Source of the DNA: a virus
Length of the DNA stretch: 64,000 nt
Strand: one strand, 5' to 3'
Virus record (IMG/VR): IMGVR_UViG_3300032288_003533
Coordinates: 12,233 to 76,232 of that record
Shown: in pieces, positions 29,422-38,712 of the stretch
Numbering within the stretch: the first letter of the stretch is position 1
Layout: every line of letters starts with the position of its first letter
The notes under the pieces: model-generated
The model's input: the letters and a program-made list of their open reading frames with translations, nothing else
The model's database searches: none
What the model was told of the DNA's origin: nothing
Program-made: the position numbers and the translations under genes

Positions 29422-29835
29422 CTAAAAGGATTCGACCTTAATTAAAAAGTTTTCCTTTAGGTAATTTGATAACTCATAAAAGGTATCAAATTTTGATTGC
29501 ATTTTATCATCAAATTTACTGACAATATCAACATGTGTTTGATGATGATTAATAAAAAACTTGAAAACTTCATATTCAAAAATCATATGAATTTCTCTAT
29601 CATATATATTGATAAAGATATTTTCATCTTCAAGATAAATTAATCTTTCTGGTGATTTTGCTGAATATGCAAGTTTAACATCTGGATTGTCCAGCATTTT
29701 AAAGATAATATTTTTACATCTAATTTCATCCTCTGTTGGATTAGTTAGTGCCAAGATATTTTCTTTAAATGAATTAACTAGGGGGGTTAACCAATTACCT
29801 TCTTTAAGATAGTTGTCCCAAGATTTAATGTTCAT
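29422..29835 (-). CDS. Hypothetical protein (start reassigned to ATG at 29835)
   Basis: TTTG-N20-TATATTTG promoter at 29881-29850 lies within the longer listed ORF. Confidence 0.6.
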   Translation of the reverse strand: MNIKSWDNYLKEGNWLTPLVNSFKENILALTNPTEDEIRCKNIIFKMLDNPDVKLAYSAKSPERLIYLEDENIFINIYDREIHMIFEYEVFKFFINHHQTHVDIVSKFDDKMQSKFDTFYELSNYLKENFLIKVESF

Positions 29836-29849
29836 AGTTTTTTTTATTA

Positions 29850-29881
29850 CAAATATACTACAAGTTGTTTTAAAAATCAAA
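29850..29881 (-). promoter_or_regulatory. Bacteroidota housekeeping-type promoter
   Basis: TTTG (29881-29878), 20-nt spacer, TATATTTG (29857-29850). Confidence 0.7.
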
Positions 29882-29887
29882 TTACAT

Positions 29888-30436
29888 TCATTCCCATTCA
29901 GGATCCTCATCTAGTATATCGCCTTTAATATATCCAGGCTTAACCATTTTTTTTAATTGTTCTTCAGTGTATTTAGTTAACTTTGTGTAAGTTATATTTA
30001 ATCCATCATCAACTTTCAATCCTTTTGGTAATGAGTTTAATTTGTAACAATGATTTAAATATAATGTACCATTAACTTTTAACCCATCTGGTAATGATTC
30101 AAGTTGTTCGCAACCATATAAATCCAAATCACCACTAACTTTCAATCCTTTTGGTAATGATGTTATATTTGAATATTGTAAAGTTAAATCACCCCCAACT
30201 TCCAATCCTTCTGGTAATGAAGTTATTTTTGAATAGTCTAAATTCAAATTGCCACTAACTTTCAATCCTTCTGGTAATGAAGTTATTTTAAAATTTGATA
30301 AATCCAAATCATCATCAATGTTTAATTCATCTTTTGTTAATGGTGAACCATTTGTTATTTTCCATAAAAATGGAATTTTTGCACCATCTAACTTTTCAAG
30401 AAAATTAAATATATTCTTTAGTGTTTCTTTTTCCAT
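29888..30436 (-). CDS. Capped LRR-like repeat protein C3 (5 repeats)
   Basis: Family architecture. Confidence 0.85.
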   Translation of the reverse strand: MEKETLKNIFNFLEKLDGAKIPFLWKITNGSPLTKDELNIDDDLDLSNFKITSLPEGLKVSGNLNLDYSKITSLPEGLEVGGDLTLQYSNITSLPKGLKVSGDLDLYGCEQLESLPDGLKVNGTLYLNHCYKLNSLPKGLKVDDGLNITYTKLTKYTEEQLKKMVKPGYIKGDILDEDPEWE

Positions 30437-30966
30437 TATCTAATTATATTATTTATATATCCAGGATTAACCATTTGCCTTAATTCCTCAGTTGAATATT
30501 TTGTTAATGGTGTATTTTTAATAAACAAACGACCCCCAACTTTCAACCCTTTTGGTAATGATGTTATATTTGAATGTTTCAAATCCAAAAATCTCCCAAC
30601 TTTTAATCCTTCTGGTAGTGAAGTTATATTTGCACAATCAAATAAAGATAAACTCCCACCAACTTTCAACCCTTTTGGTAATGATGTTATATTTGAATAT
30701 CCCAAATCCAAAAACCCCCCAACTTCTAATCCTTCTGGTAATGATTGTATATTTTTACAACCATATAAACTTAAATTAGCCTCAACTTTCAATCCATCTG
30801 GTAATGATTCAATATCTGTTTTTGTTAAATCCAAATCCCCTTTAACAATCAAATCATCTTTTTCTGTTATTGGTATATTGTTTTGTAATTTCCACATAAG
30901 TGGTGCATTATGCTCACCATTTTCTTCAAGAAAATCAAATATCTTTTTTAGTGTTTCTTTTTCCAT
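30436..30966 (-). CDS. Capped LRR-like repeat protein C2 (5 repeats)
   Basis: Family architecture; mosaic of segments found in A2, A3 and D2. Confidence 0.85.
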   Translation of the reverse strand: MEKETLKKIFDFLEENGEHNAPLMWKLQNNIPITEKDDLIVKGDLDLTKTDIESLPDGLKVEANLSLYGCKNIQSLPEGLEVGGFLDLGYSNITSLPKGLKVGGSLSLFDCANITSLPEGLKVGRFLDLKHSNITSLPKGLKVGGRLFIKNTPLTKYSTEELRQMVNPGYINNIIR

Positions 30967-31613
30967 TATCTTTCTATTTTTCCAAGTATAAATCCTGGTT
31001 TAACCATATCTCTTAATTCCTTATCTGAAAATTTTGCTAACCCAGACTCGTCAATGGCTAAATTACCATAAACCTCCAACCCTTTTGGTAATGAAGTTAA
31101 ATTTTTGCAACGCATTAAATTTAACAATCTATTAACTTTTAATTCTTTTGGTAAAAATTCTATCTCTGAATCCTCCAAAGATAATATACCAACTTCCATT
31201 CCTTCTGGTAATGATTCCAAATATGGGGTAGTATTTAAATTTAATTCACCTTCAATTTTCAATCCTTCTGGTAATGATTGTATTTGTGTATATGATAAAT
31301 CCAAATCTAATTTAACTTTTAATCTTTTTGGTAATTTTCTTATTTCTGTATAATTTAAAACTAAATGTCCCCCAACTTCCAATCCTTCTGGCAATGATTT
31401 AATATCTGAATTTTGTAAAAACAAATCACCTTCAACTTTCAATCCTTCTGGCAATTCTTCTATCTCTAAATCTGATAAATTCAAATCACCTTTAACATGT
31501 AAATCATCTTCTGTTAATGGAAAACCATTTGACCATTTCCACCTAAGTGGCGTATTCCTATTATCCTTCTTTTCAAGGAAATTAAATATCTTTTTTAGTG
31601 TTTCTTTTTCCAT
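30966..31613 (-). CDS. Capped LRR-like repeat protein C1 (7 repeats)
   Basis: Family architecture. Confidence 0.85.
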   Translation of the reverse strand: MEKETLKKIFNFLEKKDNRNTPLRWKWSNGFPLTEDDLHVKGDLNLSDLEIEELPEGLKVEGDLFLQNSDIKSLPEGLEVGGHLVLNYTEIRKLPKRLKVKLDLDLSYTQIQSLPEGLKIEGELNLNTTPYLESLPEGMEVGILSLEDSEIEFLPKELKVNRLLNLMRCKNLTSLPKGLEVYGNLAIDESGLAKFSDKELRDMVKPGFILGKIER

Positions 31614-31616
31614 TAT

Positions 31617-32039
31617 CTATCCTTTCTTCCATTTGCCCCCCAATTTCTTATAACGTTTTGCTGCTGCACCATTACAATATGCGCTTGGGCATACTTTATA
31701 CCTTGACCTTGCCCAACTCAAACATTGACTCCATAACTTGGGATTTGTTGGTTTATTCTTTTTTTCTTTTGCTTCTGTTATGTTTTGGTTATCTCTGTTT
31801 TCAAATTCATTCATCATAAAATCAAAAACTTGATCCAAGTTTTCTTTTGCAACTGTCACATGGTCATCAGCCCAATCATGTCCATTATTCAATAATTCAT
31901 TAATTTCATCAGGTTGAAGTTCAAGCAATAATTCACATTGTCTTTTAATTTGTTTTAAGTTTCCAAAAAACATATAATTTTCTGTTGCTTGCTCATTTAT
32001 TGCATTCTTAACAATTTTTTTAATTACTGGATGTATCAT
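31617..32039 (-). CDS. Hypothetical phage protein with basic C-terminal PTNPKLW...PSAY...YKKLGGKW domain
   Basis: ORF with late-type motif upstream; C-terminal motif recalled from other large phages. Confidence 0.6.
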   Translation of the reverse strand: MIHPVIKKIVKNAINEQATENYMFFGNLKQIKRQCELLLELQPDEINELLNNGHDWADDHVTVAKENLDQVFDFMMNEFENRDNQNITEAKEKKNKPTNPKLWSQCLSWARSRYKVCPSAYCNGAAAKRYKKLGGKWKKG

Positions 32040-32177
32040 ATCTTATTTTTTATATAAATATCATTATTCTTTATTTTGATTATGGCTCTCATATTTTGAT
32101 TTTAAGAGGCTTTTTGTTTTAACCTATTACTATGTCATCTTTATTAAAATATGCTGTTGTGGTTAAATTGTGTGTGG

Positions 32178-32717
32178 TTATATCCTAATTATTCCTTGTA
32201 TATAACCAGGCTTAACCATTTCTCTTAATTCTTCATTAGTAAATTTGGCTAAATTATGTTTATTATCTATATTTAAATATCCTTTAACTATTAGTCCTTT
32301 TGGTAATCTATTTATTGGTGTGTTCATTATTATTAACCAAGTATTAATCACTAACCCTTCTGGTAGTGAAGTTACTTTTGAATTTTGTAAATATAAAGAA
32401 GTACCAATTTTAATATCATCTGGTATTTTTTTTATATTAGAGTATGATAAATCCAAAATAACACCAACTTTCAATCCTTTTGGTAATTCTTCTAATTTTG
32501 AAAATCTAGTAATCATATTGCCTTTAACTTCCAAATTATCTGGCAATGATTTTAAATTTGAATCTGATAAATCCAAATCACCATTAACAACTAAATCTTC
32601 TTTTGTTAGGGGTTCACCAAAATTTAATTTCCAAATAAAGTTATCTCTATTTTTATGTTTTTTGTTTTCATTCTTCTGAAGAAAATCAAATATTTTTTTT
32701 ATTGTTTCTTTTTCCAT
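32178..32717 (-). CDS. Capped LRR-like repeat protein D6 (5 repeats)
   Basis: Family architecture. Confidence 0.85.
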   Translation of the reverse strand: MEKETIKKIFDFLQKNENKKHKNRDNFIWKLNFGEPLTKEDLVVNGDLDLSDSNLKSLPDNLEVKGNMITRFSKLEELPKGLKVGVILDLSYSNIKKIPDDIKIGTSLYLQNSKVTSLPEGLVINTWLIIMNTPINRLPKGLIVKGYLNIDNKHNLAKFTNEELREMVKPGYIQGIIRI

Positions 32718-33325
32718 TATCTAATTATTTGCTCCTTTATAAATCCAGGTTTAACCATATTTCTTAATTCTTCATCAGAAAATTTTACTAATGGTGATCC
32801 ACTTATAATTAAATTCCCCCTAACTTTCAACCCTTTTGGTAATGATGTTAAACTTGTGCAATTTTCTAAATACAAATCACGACCAACTTCCAATCCTTCT
32901 GGCAAAGATGTTAAACTTGTGCAATTTTCTAAATCTAAATTATGCGCAACTTTCAATCCTTTTGGTAAAGATATTAAATTTGTTGAATTTTCTAAATATA
33001 AAGATGCTCCAAGTTCTAATCCTCTTGGCAGTGAAATTAAATCTTCACAACCTTCTAAATCTAAACGACCCCCAACTTTTAAGTTATCAGGTAATGATTT
33101 AATAGATGAATAATTTAAAATCAAATAACCACCAACTTTCAACCCATCTGGTAATGAGGTTATTTTTGAATATGATAAATCCAAATTACCTTTTACATTT
33201 AACTCTTCTTCTGTTATTGGTTCATCAAATTTTAATTTCCAAATAATGCTATCCCTATCTTTATGTTTTTTATTTTCTTCCTTTTCAAGAAAATCAAGTA
33301 TATTTTTTATTGTTTCTTTTTCCAT
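32717..33325 (-). CDS. Capped LRR-like repeat protein D5 (6 repeats)
   Basis: Family architecture. Confidence 0.85.
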   Translation of the reverse strand: MEKETIKNILDFLEKEENKKHKDRDSIIWKLKFDEPITEEELNVKGNLDLSYSKITSLPDGLKVGGYLILNYSSIKSLPDNLKVGGRLDLEGCEDLISLPRGLELGASLYLENSTNLISLPKGLKVAHNLDLENCTSLTSLPEGLEVGRDLYLENCTSLTSLPKGLKVRGNLIISGSPLVKFSDEELRNMVKPGFIKEQIIR

Positions 33326-33804
33326 TATCTTTCTATATTTCCTTTTATATAACCATCTGGTTTGACCATTTCTCTTATTTTTTCATCTGAAAGTTTTGCT
33401 AATGGAGTGTTTACAATATTTAAATCACATTTAACTTTTAAACCTTTTGGTAATGTTTCTATATCTGAATATGATAAATCCAGATTACGACCAACATATA
33501 AATCACCTGGCAAGGATTTAAAACGGGTCCATTCAAAATTCAAATCACCCTCAACAAATAATTTTTCTGGGAATGTTTTTAAACTTGAGAACCGAAAATC
33601 AGCATCTCCTATAACTTTTAACCCTTTTGGTAAATGTTGTATATTTAAGCCAGATATATCCAAATCACCTCTAACAATTAAATCTTCTTTTATTGATGGG
33701 TCATTAAACATAAATTTCCACCTTAAAGTTCCTTTGTCTTTATGTTTTTTATTATCTTCTTTTTCAATAAATTCAAGTATATTTTTTAGTGTTTCTATTT
33801 CCAT
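33325..33804 (-). CDS. Capped LRR-like repeat protein D4 (4 repeats)
   Basis: Family architecture. Confidence 0.85.
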   Translation of the reverse strand: MEIETLKNILEFIEKEDNKKHKDKGTLRWKFMFNDPSIKEDLIVRGDLDISGLNIQHLPKGLKVIGDADFRFSSLKTFPEKLFVEGDLNFEWTRFKSLPGDLYVGRNLDLSYSDIETLPKGLKVKCDLNIVNTPLAKLSDEKIREMVKPDGYIKGNIER

Positions 33805-34274
33805 TATCTAATTATATTTCCTTTAAATGAACCATTATTTAAATTTTTATTTCTTCTTATTTCATCATCTGTATATTTTTTGGCAAGGAAGGATTCTCCT
33901 ATATATAAATTACCACCAACATATAAATTTTTTGGAATTTCTTCAATATCTGAATGTCTGAAAAATAAATCACCCCCAACATATAAATTGTCTGGTAATG
34001 ATTCTATATTTGTATGTGATAAGTTAAAACTATCCTTAACATATAACCCTTCTGGTAATGATTCTATTAGTGAACCCAATAGCCACAATTTACCTTCAAC
34101 TCTCATCCCATCAGGTAATGAGGTTACAGTTGTAAATTCCAAATTCAAATTGCCTTTTATATTTAAATCCTCTTTTGTTAGTTCATTATTTACCCATTTC
34201 CATAAAAATGGTGTTTTGATATCATCATTTTCTTCAAGGAATTCAAATATTTTTTTTATTGTTTCTTTTTCCAT
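33804..34274 (-). CDS. Capped LRR-like repeat protein D3 (4 repeats, divergent C-cap)
   Basis: Family architecture. Confidence 0.85.
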   Translation of the reverse strand: MEKETIKKIFEFLEENDDIKTPFLWKWVNNELTKEDLNIKGNLNLEFTTVTSLPDGMRVEGKLWLLGSLIESLPEGLYVKDSFNLSHTNIESLPDNLYVGGDLFFRHSDIEEIPKNLYVGGNLYIGESFLAKKYTDDEIRRNKNLNNGSFKGNIIR

Positions 34275-34981
34275 TATCTAACTATTTTTCCTTTTATAAA
34301 TCCAGGTTGAATCATCTTTCTTAATCTATAATTACTAATTTCATCTAAATGGGAAAGATTCAACATTATAGATCCATAAACTTTCAACCCTTTTGGTAAT
34401 GAGGTTAAATCTGTTAGTCTTAAATCCAAATCTCCCCCAACTTTCAATCCTTCAGGTAATGATTGTATATTTTTACAACCAAATAACACCAAATCTTTCC
34501 TAACTTCAAGTCCTTCTGGTAATGAAGTTATTTTTGTATTATTTAAAACTAAATGCCCTCCAACTTTCAATCCTTCTGGTAATGAAGTTATTTTTGTATC
34601 ATTTAAATACAAATCCCTACCAACTTTCAATCCTTTTGGTAGGAAGGTTATATCTGTATTAGATGACAACAAATTACCACCAACTTCCAATCCTTCTGGT
34701 AATGAAGTTATTTTTGTTGACCCTAAATTTAAATCACCACCAACTTTCAAACCTTCTGGCAATGAGGTTATTTTTGATTTTCTTACATCAAAATTACCAC
34801 CAACTTTTAATCCTTCTGGTAATGAGGTTATTGTTGCTCCATAAAACCACAAATTACCTATAACATCTAAATCTTCTTTGGTTATTGGCTTATTATTTAA
34901 TATTTTCCATTTAAATGGTGCTCTATGTTCTCCTTTCTCTTCAAGGAATTCAAATATTCTTTTTAATGTTTCTTTTTCCAT
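34274..34981 (-). CDS. Capped LRR-like repeat protein D2 (8 repeats)
   Basis: Family architecture; clear 60-nt DNA periodicity. Confidence 0.85.
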   Translation of the reverse strand: MEKETLKRIFEFLEEKGEHRAPFKWKILNNKPITKEDLDVIGNLWFYGATITSLPEGLKVGGNFDVRKSKITSLPEGLKVGGDLNLGSTKITSLPEGLEVGGNLLSSNTDITFLPKGLKVGRDLYLNDTKITSLPEGLKVGGHLVLNNTKITSLPEGLEVRKDLVLFGCKNIQSLPEGLKVGGDLDLRLTDLTSLPKGLKVYGSIMLNLSHLDEISNYRLRKMIQPGFIKGKIVR

Positions 34982-35466
34982 TATCTAACTATTTTTCCTT
35001 TTATATAACCATCTGAACCAATCATCTTTAATAAAACAGAATCTGAAAGTTTTGCCAATGGTGTTTTTATAAGATATAAATTTTCTTCAACTTTCAACCC
35101 TTCTGGTAATGATGTTAAACTTGTGCAATTTTCTAAATATAAATAATCCCCAACTTCCAATCCTTCTGGCAATGATGTTAAACTTGTGCAATTTTCTAAA
35201 GATAACTTCCCCCCAACTTTTAACCCTTTTGGTAAGGATGTTAAATTTGTGCAATTATATAAATTTAAATAATCTTTAATTTCCAATCCTTCTGGTAATG
35301 ATGTTATTTTTAAATTTGCCAAATTTAAATTATCTACAATCAAATCATCTTTTGTTAATGGTTCATTGAAAAATAATTTCCATCTTAAAGTTCCCTTGTT
35401 TTTATTTTTTTTGTTTTCTTTATCTTCAAGAAAATCAAATATTTTTTTTAATGTTTTATTTTCCAT
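34981..35466 (-). CDS. Capped LRR-like repeat protein D1 (4 repeats)
   Basis: Family architecture. Confidence 0.85.
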   Translation of the reverse strand: MENKTLKKIFDFLEDKENKKNKNKGTLRWKLFFNEPLTKDDLIVDNLNLANLKITSLPEGLEIKDYLNLYNCTNLTSLPKGLKVGGKLSLENCTSLTSLPEGLEVGDYLYLENCTSLTSLPEGLKVEENLYLIKTPLAKLSDSVLLKMIGSDGYIKGKIVR

Positions 35467-36968
35467 TATTTTTTATTTACGATAAAAAAGTGCAATTGTT
35501 TTTTGTATGTGGTAATCTCCCCAGCAATTTGAACCTTTAAATCAACAAAGTATTTATTTGGTATTTTATCTCTTGTGTCAAAATTAAAATAATATTCATT
35601 TGGTGTTCTGTTAAATTCTGTCCAATCTTGAACTTGAACTTGGGTTTCCCCCTCCTTAACATAAACACGATAAAATCCTTTAATGTTTGTTAATAATTCA
35701 CTTGTGCTATATGCTTTTTTAATTATGACCCCAATCTTTCTAACATCAGTATTGAGTATTTTTTCCCCTTGCATAATGTTATAGAAATCAAAATTATATG
35801 TTTCACTTTCTGTTGTTTTTGTTCCAGTTTTAATTCTGTTATTCATACCATATAGTATAAATTCATTTTCAACATTAGGTAATGTAATTCCATTTAAGGT
35901 CATCCCACTCCAAACATCAGTAAACACCATAGGTGTTGTATATCCACTAAATGAATTTGGTACAGATACTTCATAAACTCCCTTGGTTATTAATCTTGTT
36001 GGTAAGTTTGCACAACCAACAACAACATCCCCATCATTGTCAAATATATTAACAATTGGATTATTATCCAAATTTGAGTATGAATCTTCATCTGTTACAT
36101 AAAGATATAATTTATTTATCCTATTCTTAACAAAATTATTTCTATCATCCTTAATCAAATCATCATAAGTTGTTAATAAATAAGGTTCATAAAATGTCTG
36201 GGTATGCCTTGAAAAGAAGCCAACAGAATAGCTTTCTGTTAAGCCTGTTGCGTTTTCATAAGATGGGGGATATGCAATACCCCAACCAGAATAAGATGTG
36301 GTAGAGCCACTTAAAATGTCATTTATTTCATTTGTCATATCAAATGAAATATCTTCATTACCAAATTCAAAATGTTGGGTATCAATAATGGTTAATCCAG
36401 AATAATTAACATTTCCATTATTTTTATTGTTATAAATCCCAGATTCTGTCCAACCACTTATTGTTTTACCACTAAACCAATTGGAGGGAGTATCAGCAAA
36501 TGAATTATCATCTTTAATAACCAAAGGGTATTTTGCCCCGGATCCAGAATTAAGATTTTTTGAATAATTTGTATAATCATATCCAACACCTTCATCCCAA
36601 TACTGAACATAACCAGTATTACCACTGCTCAATGGTATTCTAAATAAAACCAAATCAAAAGAAGATGCCCTACGTTTTTGGCTTGGCATTTTTCCATTTA
36701 ATAAAGATTCATCAAAAGATGCTGTATTTTTTAATACTAATGTGTGTGTAACACTTGATAATGAACCACTAAATATGATATCATCATTGACTTTATCAAT
36801 TAGGGGTTGTAAATTTAAATCAAATATTAGCCTTGTTGGACCATATGCTGGAATTAAATAATCTGTTGCACCATAAGTTAACTCAATAACAGGGTTTCTA
36901 CCTGTATTTGTTTTTGAATTTGCAATTAAAGTGTTATTTCTATTAAAATAAGATAGATGAATTGACAT
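35466..36968 (-). CDS. Probable virion structural protein
   Basis: 500 aa, S/G/T/N/aromatic-rich; next to the baseplate-like gene; late-type motif upstream. Confidence 0.5.
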   Translation of the reverse strand: MSIHLSYFNRNNTLIANSKTNTGRNPVIELTYGATDYLIPAYGPTRLIFDLNLQPLIDKVNDDIIFSGSLSSVTHTLVLKNTASFDESLLNGKMPSQKRRASSFDLVLFRIPLSSGNTGYVQYWDEGVGYDYTNYSKNLNSGSGAKYPLVIKDDNSFADTPSNWFSGKTISGWTESGIYNNKNNGNVNYSGLTIIDTQHFEFGNEDISFDMTNEINDILSGSTTSYSGWGIAYPPSYENATGLTESYSVGFFSRHTQTFYEPYLLTTYDDLIKDDRNNFVKNRINKLYLYVTDEDSYSNLDNNPIVNIFDNDGDVVVGCANLPTRLITKGVYEVSVPNSFSGYTTPMVFTDVWSGMTLNGITLPNVENEFILYGMNNRIKTGTKTTESETYNFDFYNIMQGEKILNTDVRKIGVIIKKAYSTSELLTNIKGFYRVYVKEGETQVQVQDWTEFNRTPNEYYFNFDTRDKIPNKYFVDLKVQIAGEITTYKKQLHFFIVNKK

Positions 36969-36986
36969 TTTTTTATTTAATAAATA

Positions 36987-38489
36987 TCAATTAATTCTAA
37001 TTTTTTTGCTTAATATTTTTCTTGTGGCCAATGATAATTCCTTTAATAAATTATCTATTGTTGATCCATCTTCTGTAACAGAAACTGGAGGTAACCCCGG
37101 AAATGGATGTGCATGAGTTATTAAAAATCTAACAATTAAATTTAACAATTCTAACAATTCTTCACCTCTAACAGATGAAGATGTATTTGGGTATATACTA
37201 TCAATTATTTTCTCTTGGGTAATTCCATACATAGTATCATTCAAATCTATTTTAGTTTTATTTGGTGCTGGTTCTGAATTGTGAGATAATAAATAAATAT
37301 CATCAGCCCCAATTAGAGTTGATGTATTTACTTCATTAAGTATTTTAGTTTCAACTATTTTGGATAATTCATTTAATGTTGGTATCTTGGTGTTACCTTT
37401 TGAATATATAAATCCATATCCACCTATTTTAGAAAATTTATCAAATTTTATTTGATTGTTAATATCAATTAAATTTTGAGAAGGTAATTTTCCATAAGTA
37501 TTATTTAATCTTAATTGTGTTGCAAATCCAGGTCTAAAAAATATGGGGTATTTAATTTCATTTTCCAAAAATAATTGTGTCCCATCATCTAATTTTAGAA
37601 TATTATCACAATCAAAAATAAATTTATTTATAAATGCTATTGCATCTGATTTTGGTAAACCATTAAAAGATGCTCTAGCTCTAATTGATTTTAAATCATC
37701 AATAGAACTATTTACATTAATTTTATCTATGTTTACTTTTTCATTTTGTTTTAATGAATATAAATTTATCACTCCATTAAAATTTTCTGTTGCATCTGGA
37801 TTTTGAATAATCCATTCAATTAGAAATTTTGTAGATAAAACTTTATTTCTTTCAAATTCAAAATCAACATTTGGTAAAACAACTTTGCGTGTATCATATT
37901 TGGAAACTTGAATAAAGGATCTATTTTCATTTGGTGTTGGAAATTCTTTGGGGTTTAATTCTCCCTTATATTTACCCGAACGTATTATAACATCATTATC
38001 TTTAACAACAACATCAGATGTTCCTCTACCTACAATTCCAGCATCTTGGGGTTCAATAAATAAACCCTTTGTTTTTAATTTTCTATAAGACCCATCTAAA
38101 TTTTTTAAACTTAAATTTTTTATATATCTTCTTCCTGAACCTTTATTAATTTTTCCTTCAGTTGAACTATTCAAAGATGCTCTCATTGGGGAAGTAAAAT
38201 CTGATTGTATATAATATTGGTCATCAAATCTGTAATCTTTATTTGAGAAGATAACTAAAACTAGTTCTCCAACAACTAAAGGTGAACTAAGATAATAAGG
38301 TAACAAAGGTTTAAATATAAAAGGATCTCTAGGTCCCCATATATCTTTTTTAATATCAAAAGGTGGATTTGTAATTGAATTTAATATTGCCTCATTTCTA
38401 TCAGATTCAATTGTTGCTCTAATGCGTCCAACCATATCTGGATCATCAATATGTGTAATTATTGCTGGAAATAATATTCTATTATCCAT
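36987..38489 (-). CDS. Baseplate hub/spike-like protein (gp5/gpV-type)
   Basis: N-terminal IITHIDDPDMVGRIRA OB-fold signature; C-terminal HAH (HxH) tip motif. Confidence 0.6.
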   Translation of the reverse strand: MDNRILFPAIITHIDDPDMVGRIRATIESDRNEAILNSITNPPFDIKKDIWGPRDPFIFKPLLPYYLSSPLVVGELVLVIFSNKDYRFDDQYYIQSDFTSPMRASLNSSTEGKINKGSGRRYIKNLSLKNLDGSYRKLKTKGLFIEPQDAGIVGRGTSDVVVKDNDVIIRSGKYKGELNPKEFPTPNENRSFIQVSKYDTRKVVLPNVDFEFERNKVLSTKFLIEWIIQNPDATENFNGVINLYSLKQNEKVNIDKINVNSSIDDLKSIRARASFNGLPKSDAIAFINKFIFDCDNILKLDDGTQLFLENEIKYPIFFRPGFATQLRLNNTYGKLPSQNLIDINNQIKFDKFSKIGGYGFIYSKGNTKIPTLNELSKIVETKILNEVNTSTLIGADDIYLLSHNSEPAPNKTKIDLNDTMYGITQEKIIDSIYPNTSSSVRGEELLELLNLIVRFLITHAHPFPGLPPVSVTEDGSTIDNLLKELSLATRKILSKKIRIN

Positions 38490-38712
38490 TTTGTCTACTA
38501 TTATATTCTTTTAGTATTATAGTATACAACTCTTCTATTTTATCTAATTTATGTGTTAAGTTTATAACTATATCTTTAGTGAAATTAAATTCATTATTTA
38601 AATAATCAAGAGTATTTGTAATTTCAACATTACTCTTTTCTTTTAACTTTTTTGAAAATTCAATAACATTATCAATACTATTTTCCATATTACCCATGTC
38701 TTTTTTTGGCAA
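38482..38712 (-). CDS. Small hypothetical protein
   Basis: Coupled ORF; start uncertain. Confidence 0.5.
   Translation of the reverse strand: MPKKDMGNMENSIDNVIEFSKKLKEKSNVEITNTLDYLNNEFNFTKDIVINLTHKLDKIEELYTIILKEYNSRQNG

Noticed and set aside
2862-34863. Long antisense ORFs over the LRR genes (e.g. 22554-23708, 2862-3281, 33362-33811)
   Set aside because: Shadow frames created by repetitive codon usage, with no independent start signals.
2893-35466. LRR DNA periodicity read as a CRISPR array
   Set aside because: The repeats are degenerate, in-frame 60/63-nt coding units with synonymous variation; no cas genes.
2893-35466. Diversity-generating retroelement driving LRR variation
   Set aside because: No reverse transcriptase in the window and no non-coding template repeat. 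By eye the differences are not restricted to adenines. An RT elsewhere in the genome cannot be excluded.
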